A DNA stretch of 64,000 nucleotides. Source: the human T2T-CHM13v2.0 reference genome, Homo sapiens. The translations under genes were made by a program, and so were the position numbers. Below, in pieces: positions 49,932 through 63,513 of this stretch; the stretch's first letter is position 1; the number at the start of each line of letters is the position of its first letter. The stretch lies in the NCBI RefSeq assembly GCF_009914755.1, contig NC_060936.1. The stretch is one strand, 5' to 3'. The notes under the pieces are model-generated. The model made no database searches. It worked only from the letters and a program-made list of their open reading frames with translations, and was not told the DNA's origin.

Positions 49932-51322
49932 GTTTGGATTACAAATCTGGGTAAATAATGACCCTTTGTTTCTGGATAGTTGTGTCATGATTGCTTGGGC
50001 AGAGTTGAGAGACAGATCTCCAAGACGTGGTCCAGTAGAATGCAGAGAGTTTGGAAATGAATTAATAGGGTTTCATTGTGTAAGAACTCCCCCTCCTTAC
50101 CCAGTCATTTTCACACACTCTCAGAGTGGCTACCACTAGGCCATACTCCCCCATTCAAAAATGATGTAATTTAGGAAACCAGCTAAGTACAACTCATCCC
50201 AGTTATTGAAAAAGCTTTTTTCAAACTGTGAAATTGCAAGCAAGGAGGAAGTCAAACATGAAAGATGATGCATCACAGAACAAAAGAAGCAGCTGCAAAC
50301 GTTCTAAGCCCTGGCTCCCATGTGACTTTCCTGTCAACTCTGCTTTCTTAAATGGCCAGAAAAGCTACTTCGTGGGGAAAAATTTATTTTCTGCAAATAA
50401 TTTCATGCTTCTATGTGATTTGTATTACTTTTTATTTTCATTATCAATGCAACATTTGTTTTTTCCATATTATTAATACTTATGTCTCTAAATTAAGAAA
50501 AATGATTTTGAAAATTAGAGGCAATATCCAGTGCAATATAGCACCATTTAAATGAGCATGAAATCATTCTTGTAAACAAAAATATCTGTCACTAGGTAAC
50601 TGAATTGTTCATCTATCACCCACATGTGATGCAGGCTCTGTTTATGCCTATTGTGCCCGCTAATTATTTATAGCATTCTCCTGTCACTCTTAGAAATGCC
50701 CTAATGTGGATAATACATTATTTTACCATTCTAATTAGAAGCTTCTTTCAGGTCCTTTACTTATTTGGTGTATTAATAAATCACTTAATTTAAGATGCTT
50801 TTCAGAGTCCTGTTGGCTGAAGATGATAAGGACTGCATCTCTGGCCACATGCCCATGTTCTCATGGATTTGTGCTTGGGTGTAGAAGGGAGATGGGGTGA
50901 GGCTGGGATGGTGGTGCAGGGGGGGCAGCACCCTTTAGGTCTGCGATTCACACATGGGGCTAAGTGCTGGGGTGACTTCAAGCTGGCCAGACCACTGTGC
51001 TTAGAGTCCTGGAAACACGAACCTTATGTTTATGTTTGTGTCACTGTACGTGCATAGAGTTTCCCATTTTTCTTAAAGAAAACAAACAATAGCAACAAAA
51101 ATGAATACTTTTGTTCTTTAAAACCTGGGCATGCTGTTTGCTACCCCTGCAAAGTAATATATATCTTCGAGGATTTAGTGTTGAGATTCTACTACCTCCT
51201 TTGCCACAAAATGAAGGAAATCTCCTGGGCATTACAATTGAAGCCTGTTTAGAGCAGTTAAACTGCTTCCTGAAAGCCCAGGGTCCCCCATCTCCACCTG
51301 TCTTTAAGGCAGAGGAAGCCCC

Positions 51323-51818
51323 TGTAAGAGTTAAAGAAAAATGAAATTAACATGAAACGCGGCCTGGCAGTTAAAGACAGGTTTACTTTAGATAAAACCT
51401 GAGAGGGGCCTCTGGCTGATTTCAGTCAGGAGTGCTTTGTCTTACAGACTACATATTGGTTTTAGGATGAGGGGCTTATTACAAGCTTGGAATGTTCCTG
51501 TGCAAGGGAGAAGTTTTATGGCAGAGTTGAAATGTCTCTGGGAGGAGGCGAGTTTGTCTAGGGCAGACATCTTTCTGGCAGGAGGGGGCTTATTTTGGGG
51601 CTGGCATCTTCCTGGTCAGAGAGGACTTATCTTGGGGCTAGCATGTCTTTGTTTGCGGGGGGCATTTGGAATGTTTCTGGTCAGAGATGTTATTTGTGGT
51701 TTATGGTCATGCTGACCGTAGCCATTAGGCTGATGCCTTTTGGATTTAGGTGTTTTTTTATTAAGGTGAACTTTAGAATGAGGGGCTTGTCCAAGATGGC
51801 GATGCTCCCACTCTGTCA
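51323..51818 (-). mobile_element. LTR19-family ERV1 solo LTR
   Basis: Termini 'tgtaagagttaaaga' and 'ccaagatggcgatgctcccactctgtca'; 5-bp TSD 'gcccc' at 51318-51322 and 51819-51823. Confidence 0.85.
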
Positions 51819-52159
51819 GCCCCTAACCCTGCAGAGGCCCCAGAAGAAGCAGATCTGCCTCTGTTGCCTCTGAGAGTGGAATGCCCTGCCTCGAGCACCA
51901 CTCACCTGGGCAGGTCACATCAGAGCCACTTCCCTCTAGGCCTCTTGAGGGTCACGGAGTCTGTGTTCCATGCCTGCTGCTCATAGGAGGTGGAGGACTC
52001 AACATAGCTGATGTTCTGGAGGGTCAACCATGGAGGAACATGAGCAAGAAGGGAAAGAACAGCATCTGAAAGTGGGCCAGTCTATCTGCTCTGACTTTTG
52101 TCCCTTCCTATTCATTCCAGAGGCCTCTTAGAAAGAACCACGCAGACCCTGAAGCTCCC

Positions 52160-52466
52160 AGCTTAAAATCTTTTAGTGGTCTCCATCACCTTCACTCTGT
52201 GCACCAGCCCTGCCCACCTTTCCAGCCACATGCCCACCTTCTGCCCCTCATCCCTCACCCACCACACTGGCCTTTCTCCTCTTCCTTAAACACATCAGGC
52301 TTTTACCTAACCCATACCCCGCAACATGCCCTTCTCTTTGCTTGGAGAACCCTTCAATCCTCTGTCCTGTCTAACTTCTTTCACCTGGCTAACCCCTATT
52401 CATCTTTCTAGTCTCAGCTTAAGTGTTTCTTCCTTAGAGATCCCCGCCTTGACCATTCTTACCCTA
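52160..52466 (+). mobile_element. L2 fragment (3' tail resumes about 53491-53530)
   Basis: 'cacactggcctttctcctcttccttaaacacatcagg...cacctggctaacccctattcatctttctagtctcagcttaagtg'; tail 'caataaatatttgtggaatgaac'. Confidence 0.7.
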
Positions 52467-52480
52467 AAAAGTGATCGACT

Positions 52481-52805
52481 TGGTTGGGAGAGCACAGAGG
52501 GTGTTTAGGCCAGTGAAACCATAATGTGTGGCACTATCATGCTATAGACATGGCACTCTACATTTGTCCCAACCTAGAATGTACAACACCAAGAGTGAAC
52601 CCTAATATATAAACTGTGGACTTTGGGTGACAGTGATGTCTTACTACAGGTTCATTCATTGTAACAAGCGTACCACCCTGGTGTGGATGTTGATAGTGGA
52701 GGAGGCTGTGCATGTGTGGGGGCAGGGAGTATTAAAGAAATCTCTGTACCTTCATCTAAATTTTGCTGTGAGCCTAAAACCACTGTTAAAAAAGTTTCTA
52801 TTACA
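52481..52805 (+). mobile_element. L1MC1-like 3' end
   Basis: 'agaatgtacaacaccaagagtgaaccctaat...aaactgtggactttgggtga...ttttgctgtgagcctaaaaccactg'; A-rich tail follows. Confidence 0.85.
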
Positions 52806-52979
52806 ATGAAATGTAAAACCAAAGCACCAACAGCAAAAAAATAAACAAAAACAAACAAACAAACAAAAAACCACTACCACCAACAACAAAAACTGGTCCA
52901 GTCTGCTGTTACTTTGTTTTGTTGGGGCGGGATGCTTTGTTATCAAATCACCCATTGCTGGGCATAGAGTAGAAACCCA

Positions 52980-53490
52980 TGGAGTTAGGCTTCAAAAGTG
53001 GCCACAAAATTTTACCCTCACTTAGTCACACTCCTTTGCAAATGATTTTCCCCTTCCTTCTAACCAAAGAGGAAATCTATTCTTTCACATCTCCAATCTG
53101 AAGTTGGAACGGGGAATTGCTTTAATCAATAGTAATTTAGTAAATATCACTTAAATGGGGTTAAAAAAGTGCTTCCTTTTTGAAGCCTGTCCTCTCTTGC
53201 TGCTCTTGGGAAGCCTGTAATGGTCACCCCTGAACAGGCTTCAGCTAGCCTGTTGGGTGAAGGACACATGCCCTGTGATCCCCTATCACCTCTGCCCAGA
53301 GCCGGCACCCACTGCCTGACACATAACTACACTGCTGAACCCCCAGTTACTGTAAACACGTGAGTGAACCCATCTCAGCTGAAGCTAGACCAAATTCCCA
53401 ACCTACAAAATTGTGAGCAATCAAATAATTCTATTTAAAGCTACTTTGTTTGCAAACAGTCTATTATGCAGGAGAACCTGACTGACATAC
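52980..53490 (+). mobile_element. MLT1F/G-like LTR
   Basis: 'aaaagtggccacaaaatttt...caacctacaaaattgtgagcaatcaaataattctatttaaagctac'. Confidence 0.6.
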
Positions 53491-53764
53491 ACAATAAATA
53501 TTTGTGGAATGAACGACTGAATGAATAATGGTCTCTGAACTTACAAAAAACAAGACATCTGTGTCTGTGTATTTATTTTTACACATAGAAGGCAACATAG
53601 ATATTATACATATGCATTCCCTTCTGCTAAAAATTAAGAAAGTACAACTGTCTCTGTTAAAATACTCATTTTGTCAGTAGGTTTCTATGGCTATTGACTT
53701 ACTAAAATTATTAGCATGGGTATTTCCAGTTGGAAAGAACCTGAAATATTGCCAATTCCAGCAT

Positions 53765-53870
53765 TCAGAATTCACTGGTGAAGAAACTGAGGCCAAGAAA
53801 GGATTGAGGACATGTGTTAGGTCATGCAGTCATCAGCAGTCACTGGAGCTTAAATGTGGAGCCTGGAACA
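53765..53870 (-). mobile_element. MIR fragment
   Basis: 'ggtgaagaaactgaggccaagaaaggattgaggacatgtgttaggtcatgcag'. Confidence 0.6.
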
Positions 53871-54885
53871 TGCAGTCAGCAAGACTCCAAGAGTTGAGGA
53901 TCTGGGTAGCTTCCCAGAGTTCCATAGGATACAATGTTAGCACAACTCACTCTTGGGGAAATGCATTTCTGGGTGACTTCAGGAAGCCTTGGAGGAAGTT
54001 TGCGTATTAAAAGGGTGAATATGGTGGAAATAATGGTGGTGGTGGTGAGGGTAGTGATGGTGACTTCGTGTATGTTCATGCTTTTACCTCGAAACTTGTG
54101 GAACCCAGTGGAGAATGTAGTATTATTCAGGAGAGAGGAAATGGACATTTCTGCTGCTGCGGGATTGCAGGCAAAGCCACTTATTCCATTTCCCTGTATT
54201 CTTATCACCTTCTACAAATGCAGAGTTGATGTCAGGTGCAGATGAATCAATATCATTGCAAGAGAATAAAAAGTATTATGACAAAAAGAAAAACAAGTGG
54301 TCGCTAGAACACAGTTGATTTCATAAGGTTTTTGCATACATGCAATATTATCAAGTCATGTAATGTCTTGTTAACTTCTTTCATCTGCCTTCATCTCATT
54401 CTCTAGAAGTTTTACCTTTGATCTCCACTTTCTTTCAGGAGAAAGAATTCTGATAACTCATGTCCTGAAAAATAAAATTACGGAAGCCTACAGTGTGAAA
54501 TTGGAATTTGTCCATGTGCATAATTTCCACAAGTTCTCTACTTAGATATATATTCTGTTAATAAAAAAGATTTTTTCTGCTCTTTACCCTCTTGGTAGAC
54601 TTTTACATTTCTAATTTTAATGTTTTACATAAAAAGCATAAGAGAATATGGACATGGAAAAGTCAAACTATGACTACTCAAATATCGACAAGTTTGTTTA
54701 TAAGTTATCATGATTTAAAAATAAAGATTAAAAACTTTTACAATAAACCAAACATTTAATTAATATAAACTGCAGCCAACTGCTTATTTGATTCCCATCC
54801 CTCCAGAAATAGAGAGAGAGGAGGGAGTGGGAGAGAAAGGGTGAGTGAGAGATTTAAACTTGTCTTTTCAAAAACATTATCATAA

Positions 54886-55210
54886 TTTTTATTTCAATAG
54901 TTTTTGGGGAACAGGTGGTGTTTGGTTACATGGATAAGTTCTTTAGTGGTGATTGCTGAGATTTTGGTACACCCATCACCTGAGCTGTGAACACTGGCTA
55001 GAATGTGTAGTCCTTTATCTCTCACCTCCCCCCACCCTTTCCCCAAGTTCCCAAAGTCCATTGTATCATTCTTACACCTTTGCATCCTCATAGCTTAGAT
55101 GCTACTTAAGAGTGAGAACACACAATATTTGGTTTTCCATTCCTGAGTTACTTCACTTAGAATAATGGTCTCCAACTCCATCCAGGTTGCTGCAAATACC
55201 ATTATTTTGT
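54886..55210 (-). mobile_element. L1PB1-like 3' end fragment
   Basis: 'tttggggaacaggtggtgtttggttacatggataagttctttagtggtgattgctgagattttggtacacccatcacc'. Confidence 0.9.
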
Positions 55211-55354
55211 TGATTTAAAAAATTTCCACAAGACAATTACTTTGGGGGGAAAGGTTGCTTTATATCCTTAGTTATTAAACATTTTACTCTCAATCCAGCC
55301 TGCCTGGCCCACCTTTTGTTTAGTCAGCATAAGGTCATCTTAAATTAGCCATCT

Positions 55355-55668
<314 letters not shown>

Positions 55669-55935
55669 TCAGGAGGCATTGAATCCTAAATAACAATGCA
55701 GTGTCCAGATTGAAAGCAATGCAGACTCCATGGACTAATGGATTACTGGTCTCAATGGAAGAGTCAGATTTAGAAGATAAAGGTTTGGCCCGTAGAAAAT
55801 TTTAAAGTGGCTTCTAAGGCTATATTAGAGAGAAAGAGCGCCAGAAACAGCTATATGCTGACTAATGCTTTCACTGGGACATGGCAGAGTGCAGGCACAA
55901 AAGGTATTAACAGGTGGCTACAGAGGCAAGTCTAT

Positions 55936-56370
55936 AATACAGAACAATGCCTTAAACTCCATCAGGAGTGAATCAGAGAAATCTTGTCTGACTCATTACT
56001 TTTGCATGTTATAGTTGGGCTGAAATTCTACATTTCTGTACCTGGCAAATGTTCTTTGAAATTAATTTTACATTTTTGTAAAATACAGAACAATGCCTTA
56101 AACTCCATCAGGAGTGAATCAGAGAAATCTTGTCTGACTCATTACTTTTGCATGTTATAGTTGGGCTGAAATTCTACATTTCTGTACCTGGCAAATGTTC
56201 TTTGAAATTAATTTTACATTTTTGTAAAATACAGAACAATGCCTTAAACTCCATCAGGAGTGAATCAGAGAAAGCTTGTGTGACTCATTGCTTTTGCATG
56301 CTATAGTTAGGCTGAAATTTTACCTTTCTGTATCTGGCAAATATTCTTTGAAATTAATTTTACATTTTTG
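55936..56370. repeat. 146-bp tandem repeat, 3 copies
   Basis: Units start at 55936, 56082 and 56228; units 1 and 2 are identical by eye, unit 3 has several substitutions. Confidence 0.97.
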
Positions 56371-56553
56371 AAATTTTGCATACTTGTATCTGGCAAATAT
56401 TCCTTGAAATTTCACATTTCCTAGAAACTAAAGGCATTGCTGTTGTTGGAGAAAATACTATATAACTCTGCATTTTTAGGTTTATATTTATTTGAGAAAT
56501 GTTACTGAAATGTAAACTGTTTTTGTCTCTTGATGGTAGGGGATATGGGTGAC

Positions 56554-57020
56554 TGTATTAGGCTGCTCTTGTGTTGCTGTGAGGGAATGCCTAAGGCTGG
56601 GTAATTATTTATAAAGCAAAGAGGTTTAATTGGCTCATGGTTCTTCAGGCTGTACAAGCACGGCGCCAACATCTGTTCAGCTTCTGGGGAGGCATCAGGA
56701 AGCTTACGATCATGGTGGAAGGTGAAGCAGGAGCAGGCACGTTGTATGGTAAGAGCAGAAACGAGAGTGAGGGGTGGGGATGTCCCAGACTTTTAAACAA
56801 CCAGACCTCGTGTGAACCAATGGAGTGCAAACTCACTTATCACCAAGGGGATGGTGGTAAACTATTCATGAGGGATTGGGCCTCCATGATTCAGTCACCT
56901 TCAAATCCATGATTTGGGCATCCATGATTCAATCACCTCCAAATCTCATGCTGAAATGCCATTCCCAGGGTTGCAGGTTCAACATGAGATCTGGAGGGGA
57001 CAAACATCCAAACCATAACA
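56554..57020 (-). mobile_element. MSTB-like solo LTR with internal rearrangement
   Basis: 'tgtattaggctg...ggtttaattggctcatggttcttcaggctgtacaagca...gagatctggaggggacaaacatccaaaccataaca'. Confidence 0.87.
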
Positions 57021-57675
57021 GTGAGTTTAATTTTTCTTTAAGTTTTTAAAAATAATCTGTATGTTCTGATTATTCTAAAGTGATTGTGTGATTGTATTTC
57101 ACGTAATCAAATACATCTATAAGAAAAATGGAATGGTTTTAAAATGAAAAATGTCATTAGCTGCAAAATGAGGCTGCAGGGTTGTCCTCTGGCAGGGGAA
57201 TGTTCTCACACATATCTTGTTATTGTCTTGTTATCATGATTCAGTCTGATGGGAAAATGTCACCTTTCACTACTGTGATTAGCTCATGTCATTTTATCCT
57301 CACCCTGGCTCAGACTCGTAACTCACAGAGAGGTGCCTTTTTTTCCCCTTAAAATCACTGAAGGCATGAATCATAGCTATGTACCTTCCTGATTTAGGGC
57401 ATATTTGTGGCAGAAACGCATGAATGAATATGATGATTATTTACTTATGAACCTAATCAGAGATTCAGGCATCAGTCTTCCCAGGATGAACTCAGATGGA
57501 CTTGGTTCAGAAGGAATAAATTACAGGGCGTGTCCATTTGTGATGCACCTGCATAATATGTGGATGTTGTTTTCACACGATTATGACTGCCATGATACAT
57601 GAATTTTGCATGGTTCTACTTTAAAGGATATAGTTGTTAAGTTGCCAAATTTATAACTTTAGATATTATTCCAAT

Positions 57676-57995
<320 letters not shown>

Positions 57996-58366
57996 TGAAA
58001 CTTTTTTTAATGACTGTGAAATATGACTTGTCATTAAATGATCAGATTTTAAAAGACCTAGAAAACTCAAAAGAGGTAACAATGAAGTAACTATTTCTAA
58101 CATAAAATAATTTCCTCCTCACCCACCTTGCTCAGATTTCCTAGGTCACCTTGAAAGGATCCGTGCTTTAGAAGCAAACCTTAACAACGATGTTCCTGTC
58201 ATTTAACACTTAAAAAAGCCTACCTTTTGATTCTAATGAATTGATGTATCTTTTTGATGGTCGTTTCTAACAGAGATGAAGAGCTCTATCCTTCTGGCAA
58301 GATAAAATGAGGATAATTAACCTCTAGGAAAAATAGGGGTACAGTTTTAAAACGCATAAAAAGCAG

Positions 58367-58668
<302 letters not shown>

Positions 58669-59809
58669 AGCAATTATTCTTAACTGCAGTGTAGTTTCTG
58701 AGGGCAAAGTCAGTTTTGGACTTAATTTATGTTTATTTAAAAAGGATATTTTTCTACTTTTTCCTTTCTCACCTCAAGTGCCAGCAAACTAGAGCTGAAA
58801 AGTCTTCAAATCTATTGGCCTCCTGTGCTTTTCACTGTTTATTGTCTCTTCAACAGGCACTCTCCCCCTTCCTTCTATGACAAGGACCCTGATTCGACAC
58901 GGCTGCCCATGTTCCCAGCTCCAGGAGATAAACGAAGTCAAACCTAAGCCACTCATGACAAATTTGTCTCCTGTGTAATTGGTCTAGGCACAAGCACATG
59001 ACCCATTTATAGACAATGAGACAGGTGGGACGTCTTAAAGCACTGGAAATATTTTTCTCCTTGACACATAGAAAGTAGTCACACCTGGTAAAGACCTTCA
59101 ACTGCGCTCACATTCTGTCCTGCTTTCTGGGGACCACATGATGGTGCCTGAATCAGAGGCAGCCACCTAGGGACCATGAACGACTAAGCCTTAAATAAGC
59201 TAAAGAAGGCAGGAGAGGATGGAAAAAGACCTCCAGGAATTTCCAAGTCAACCCTGGGAGTGTCCACCATGGTAGGCTAAACAATGGCCTATCAAAGATG
59301 CCCATGTTCTAATTCCCAGGACTGCTAGGTCACTCCCTACATATAATTGAACCTCTGTGGAATTGAAGGATCCATGGAAGAAAGATGAAAACCGTTTGTT
59401 TATGTAAAAGACAGAGCAAGTATACTAAAATCACAGAGCGGTCACTTAATAGTAGGTTTTGAAAACTTAATTTGCATGGGAAAATACTATACACAGTTTT
59501 AAAATCAAATTGATACTGTCTTGGTGCCATTTTAAAAAATCAGAACAAAATTCTAAATTTGCAGATCTGGTAGCTCTGTAAGTATGGTTTTATGGTAGAG
59601 TATGGTTTTTTTTATTCCATATTTTAAAAACAATAGATAAATAAGCTTTCTGCAGTCTATATGCTGAATTACATTAATAGGCACGTATATGTTGTTTACA
59701 TTATAATTACATTTCCCATATATTATGTCATTGAATCTTTACAAAAACCTGTGTTAAGTATTATATTTCCCAGTTAATTCTAATGCCTAAATGCTTATTA
59801 TCTAGAAAA

Positions 59810-60001
59810 GTTTAGAAAACTTTTTCCGTAAAGAACCAGAGAGTAAATATGTTATGGTCTCTATTACGAATACTCAACTCTGCTCTTGTAACAACAAAGC
59901 AACCTATAAAATATGTAAATGAATGACTGTGGCTCTGTTCTAATAAAAACTCTATTTGTAAAAATAAGCAGCTCCCCTAGGCCATAGTTTGCCCAACTCT
60001 G
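59810..60001 (-). mobile_element. MER58A-like DNA transposon
   Basis: 'aaactttttccgtaaagaaccagagagtaaatat...tactcaactctgctcttgtaac...ggccatagtttgcccaactctg'. Confidence 0.8.
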
Positions 60002-60019
60002 ACCGAGATAATTTATTCC

Positions 60020-60480
60020 ACACTGATTTGTGTATGGTGATCTTGTATGTATGGTGATCTTGTATTCTGCCACCTTGCTGAACTCACTTATTAGTTTTCA
60101 TCTTTTTTTTTTGTACATTTCTTGGGATTTTCTACATAGACAATTAAACACACACTCCTAAGTGAAATAAACCAAACTCAAAAGGTCAAATACTGTGTGA
60201 CTTCACTGCAAAAGGCAAAACTATCAGAACAGGAAATAGATTCGTGGTTGTCAGGAGGTGGAGTAGAGTGTGGGTTAGATTACTACGGGGGATGAGGGAG
60301 GTTTTGGAGGGATTAAACTAACCCCATGTCTTTGTAGAAGTGGTTAATTTACATATGGTGAAATTTGCTGTTTTAATGTATGGTTCTGCAAAATATATCA
60401 AATTTGTCAAATTTTGTAGAACCAAACAAAACAATAAATGTCACCATATGTAAGTTATATTCTAATTGAAAATTAATTCA
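60020..60480. mobile_element. L1M fragments (antisense about 60020-60145, sense 3' end about 60155-60480)
   Basis: 'tgatcttgtattctgccaccttgctgaactcacttattag'; 'ctaagtgaaataaaccaaactcaaaaggtcaaatactgtgtgac'. Confidence 0.65.
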
Positions 60481-60662
60481 AAAACCAGATCTCTTGACTT
60501 GTTCTGTTCTGTTCTTGGATAAAATCACAGGCACAGTTCAGAGTCTTGCTGATTCTTTTTATTACATAAAATATCTCATTGTAGTAATTGGAGTCTTGTG
60601 CAGTATAATATCAAAATTCTGCCTTTTCATTCAATTTAATGTTTCTTTTTTTTCCATTTCAG

Positions 60663-60705
60663 GCCCTTGTTGAATTAGAACACTGCTGCTAAAATTGAAA
60701 GCATG
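60663..60705 (+). other. Candidate 43-nt 5'UTR/start-codon or lncRNA exon ending in ATG
   Basis: Acceptor 'gtttcttttttttccatttcag|' with no AG from 60604 to 60660; consensus donor 'ATG|gtaagt'; stops in all three frames; A at -3 of the ATG. Confidence 0.55.
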
Positions 60706-61071
60706 GTAAGTTTTTCTCTTTCTCATTCCTTCTCCATGTCCCCTTCCTATAAAATTGGATAAGAGGAGAGAAAAGGAGGTGAATGAGCAGAACATGTCTT
60801 ACCTCACCTGCACAGTAAAGACCTGGTGTCAGCACCTCCTAGCTAAAGTGAACTCACCTTTTCTCTTGTTATATGCTTTTGTGAGTTTCTGGAAGAGCAT
60901 TATGCAATCTGTGGACGTTTTGAGAAGAGTCAATCAACATGTGTTTAGGGGAATCCCACTGTGGTGGGTCATCCTCAAAGGCAGCTCCAACCTCTCCTCC
61001 TGCCATGTATGCTCACCCCGCTCCTCTGATCGAGAGAGACAGTCTCATTCCCCTCCCATAAAACTTATACT

Positions 61072-61155
61072 GTCAGTTTTCAAATTTAAATTTTATTTAA
61101 TTAAAGTTACAAATTCAGTGTCTCAATTGCACTAGTATCATTTCCAGTGCCTCAT
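61072..61155. mobile_element. MER3/MER33-like hAT fragment
   Basis: 'aaatttaaattttatttaattaaagttacaaattcagtgtctcaattgcactagtatcatttccagtgc'. Confidence 0.55.
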
Positions 61156-62719
61156 TTCCGGTATTCAATCTACCTTATAGATGTAGATGTTCAGCGTCTA
61201 CCTTATTGATGTAGATGTACCAGCATCTTCCTGGACGAGCAGGAACTCACAAAATGAGTTTTGTGGCTATGAGGATCATAAGTAATACCTCAGGATTCCA
61301 GGAGAGAGTCTCCTTGGAGTTTCTAGTGTGATGACCACACACAGCATTCGACTAGCATTGTTGATGGAGGTTTTTCCATAAGGCAATTCCTCCTCTTCAA
61401 ACTCACTTCATAGAACTCCAGTTATTTTGAAAATTTCTGCAGCCCAGGGTTCAAGCTGGCTCTCTCTGATTTGGGGTCCTACCCCATAATGCTTATTTGG
61501 CTTGTAAAACCCCTCAGCTCCTTGTCACCATCAAGGTGGAGTGGCTTCAGAGCAGTGACAGTTGTGAGACCTATGGATGGGGTATTCTGTTGGCAAAGGC
61601 AAGTGCTGTGTGGTGGAGGCGAGCACAGGTTTCTCATGGAATCCAGATGTCCAGCCTCACAGAGAGATGACTTCCTACAAGGCTATCCTGCCAGTTGCTA
61701 TGTGCAAGGCGTGCTCTATCATCCTCTTCTCTCTGGACATTTAAGCCTTAACCACATCCTCCTTGTGAACAGTTAAGTCCTGAGCTAACTTTAGAGAAAC
61801 CCTGTGCTTCTTTCCTGAGCATCCCATGCCTGCCTTGCTCTGTGGACCCAGATGCATTTATGGCACTTGGTACTTAAGGAGCACATTCTCGGCCATGGGC
61901 CATGGGTCACTCATTCAGTTTCTCAGTTGAACTGGTATCATTTCCAAACCATCACTTCCAGTGTGTTCAACATCTACCTTATTGGACAATGCCTGGTTGG
62001 AGAGTCACTCATGCTTCTTACAGTAATGTTATTTAGGTGCTTCCAAGACAGCCATGCCTTGGTCACTCTTCATGGAATTAGAAGACAGGAGCCTGCCAAT
62101 TACAGAAAGTTTACTTTTGGCAAAAGAAAGTCTATTTTTGTCTTTCCTCTTTCAGTGTTTCTCAGTGTTGACATTTGTTCACCCTAAATACATGTAATAT
62201 GTAGGCAATTTAGCTCATTTTCATCACTGTCTCATGATTTAAAATGTCTTCCTTGACTGACCAAGCTTAAAAGGGAGAGGCGTAGCAATGCTGTTTGTGT
62301 TTGGTTTGTTTTTAAATCTTAGAAGTAGAACCCTTAGAAAGTTAATGGGTGCTAAACAGACTGGCTCAGTCCTCCACCTTCATATGTCCATATTGTTTCT
62401 GTAAACTAAAAGTAAATCCTAAGCCCCCAAACTAACCAAGAGGTCTTGGCCAAGAGGACCCCAGAGAAATCTGAAAAACATAGTCCTGTATCATGATGTG
62501 ATGGAAGGTTGGACACACTTCTCTATATCCCGTTTTGGAGTTTAGGCAAAACTGACTAGTGTTAATGTTAAATTAGAGATTATATGACCGAAAAAACAGA
62601 CTGTTTGTGGCAATAAGATACCAAATTATAAACAAGACATAAGGCCATTCAAAGTAAGAGTTAATTTGTGCCTGCAGACCATCAGCCTTGCTATACATCA
62701 TTTTTATCTTAGAACATTT

Positions 62720-62988
62720 CCACTTTGGGAGGCCACGGCAGTGGATGGGTTGAGCCCAGGAGTTTGAGACCATTGTGAGCAACACAGTACAAGACGAAAA
62801 ATACAAAAATTAGCTTGGCATGGTGGCACAGGCCTGTAGTCCTATAGCTACTTGGGAGGCGTAGGTGGGAGGATTACTTGAGCCCAGGAGGTCGAGTCCG
62901 CAATGAACTGTGATTACACCACTACACTCCAGCCTGAGCGACAGAGCCAGAGCTTGTCTTAAAGACAAAACAAACAACAACAAAAAAA
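62720..62988 (+). mobile_element. AluJ, 5'-truncated
   Basis: J-type 'ttgagcccaggagtttgagacc' and 'ggaggattacttgagcccaggaggtcgag'; A/C-rich tail. Confidence 0.9.
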
Positions 62989-63206
62989 CACTTTTTCTTT
63001 TCAGACCTCTCTTTCTAAACAAAGCCTTACTCCTTTGACCCATTGCAAATTGAAGAATCTCTAAATCCACCTACAACCTGTAACCACTCCCCACTTCAAA
63101 CTGTCCCACCTTTTGGGGCTGAACAAATGTGTGTCTTCCAGGTATTGATTTATGTCTTTGCCTGTATCTCCTGCCTCCTTGAAATGTAAAAAATATACTG
63201 TAATCC

Positions 63207-63513
63207 AGTCATGGCATGGTGGCTCACACCTGTAATCCCAGCACTTTGGGAGTCTGAGGCGGGAAGATCACCTGAGGTCAGGAGTTTGATACCAGCCTGG
63301 CCAACACTTCTCTACTAAAAATACAAAAATTAGCCAGGGGTGGTGGCACGCGCCTATAATCTCAGCTACTTGGAAGGCTGAGGATGAGGGATGAGATTAG
63401 CTTGAACCCAGGAGGCAGTGGTTGCAGCGAGCCGAGATTGTGCCACTACACTCTAGCCTGGGTGACAGAGCAAGACTCCATTAAAAAACAAACAACCAAA
63501 AATAAAAACAAAA
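63207..63513 (+). mobile_element. AluSx-like
   Basis: Sense dimer with small deletion; TSD core 'actgtaat'. Confidence 0.9.

Noticed and set aside
55936-56370. CRISPR-like interpretation of this and other direct repeats
   Set aside because: Units are contiguous with no unique spacers, there are no cas genes, and the context is primate DNA
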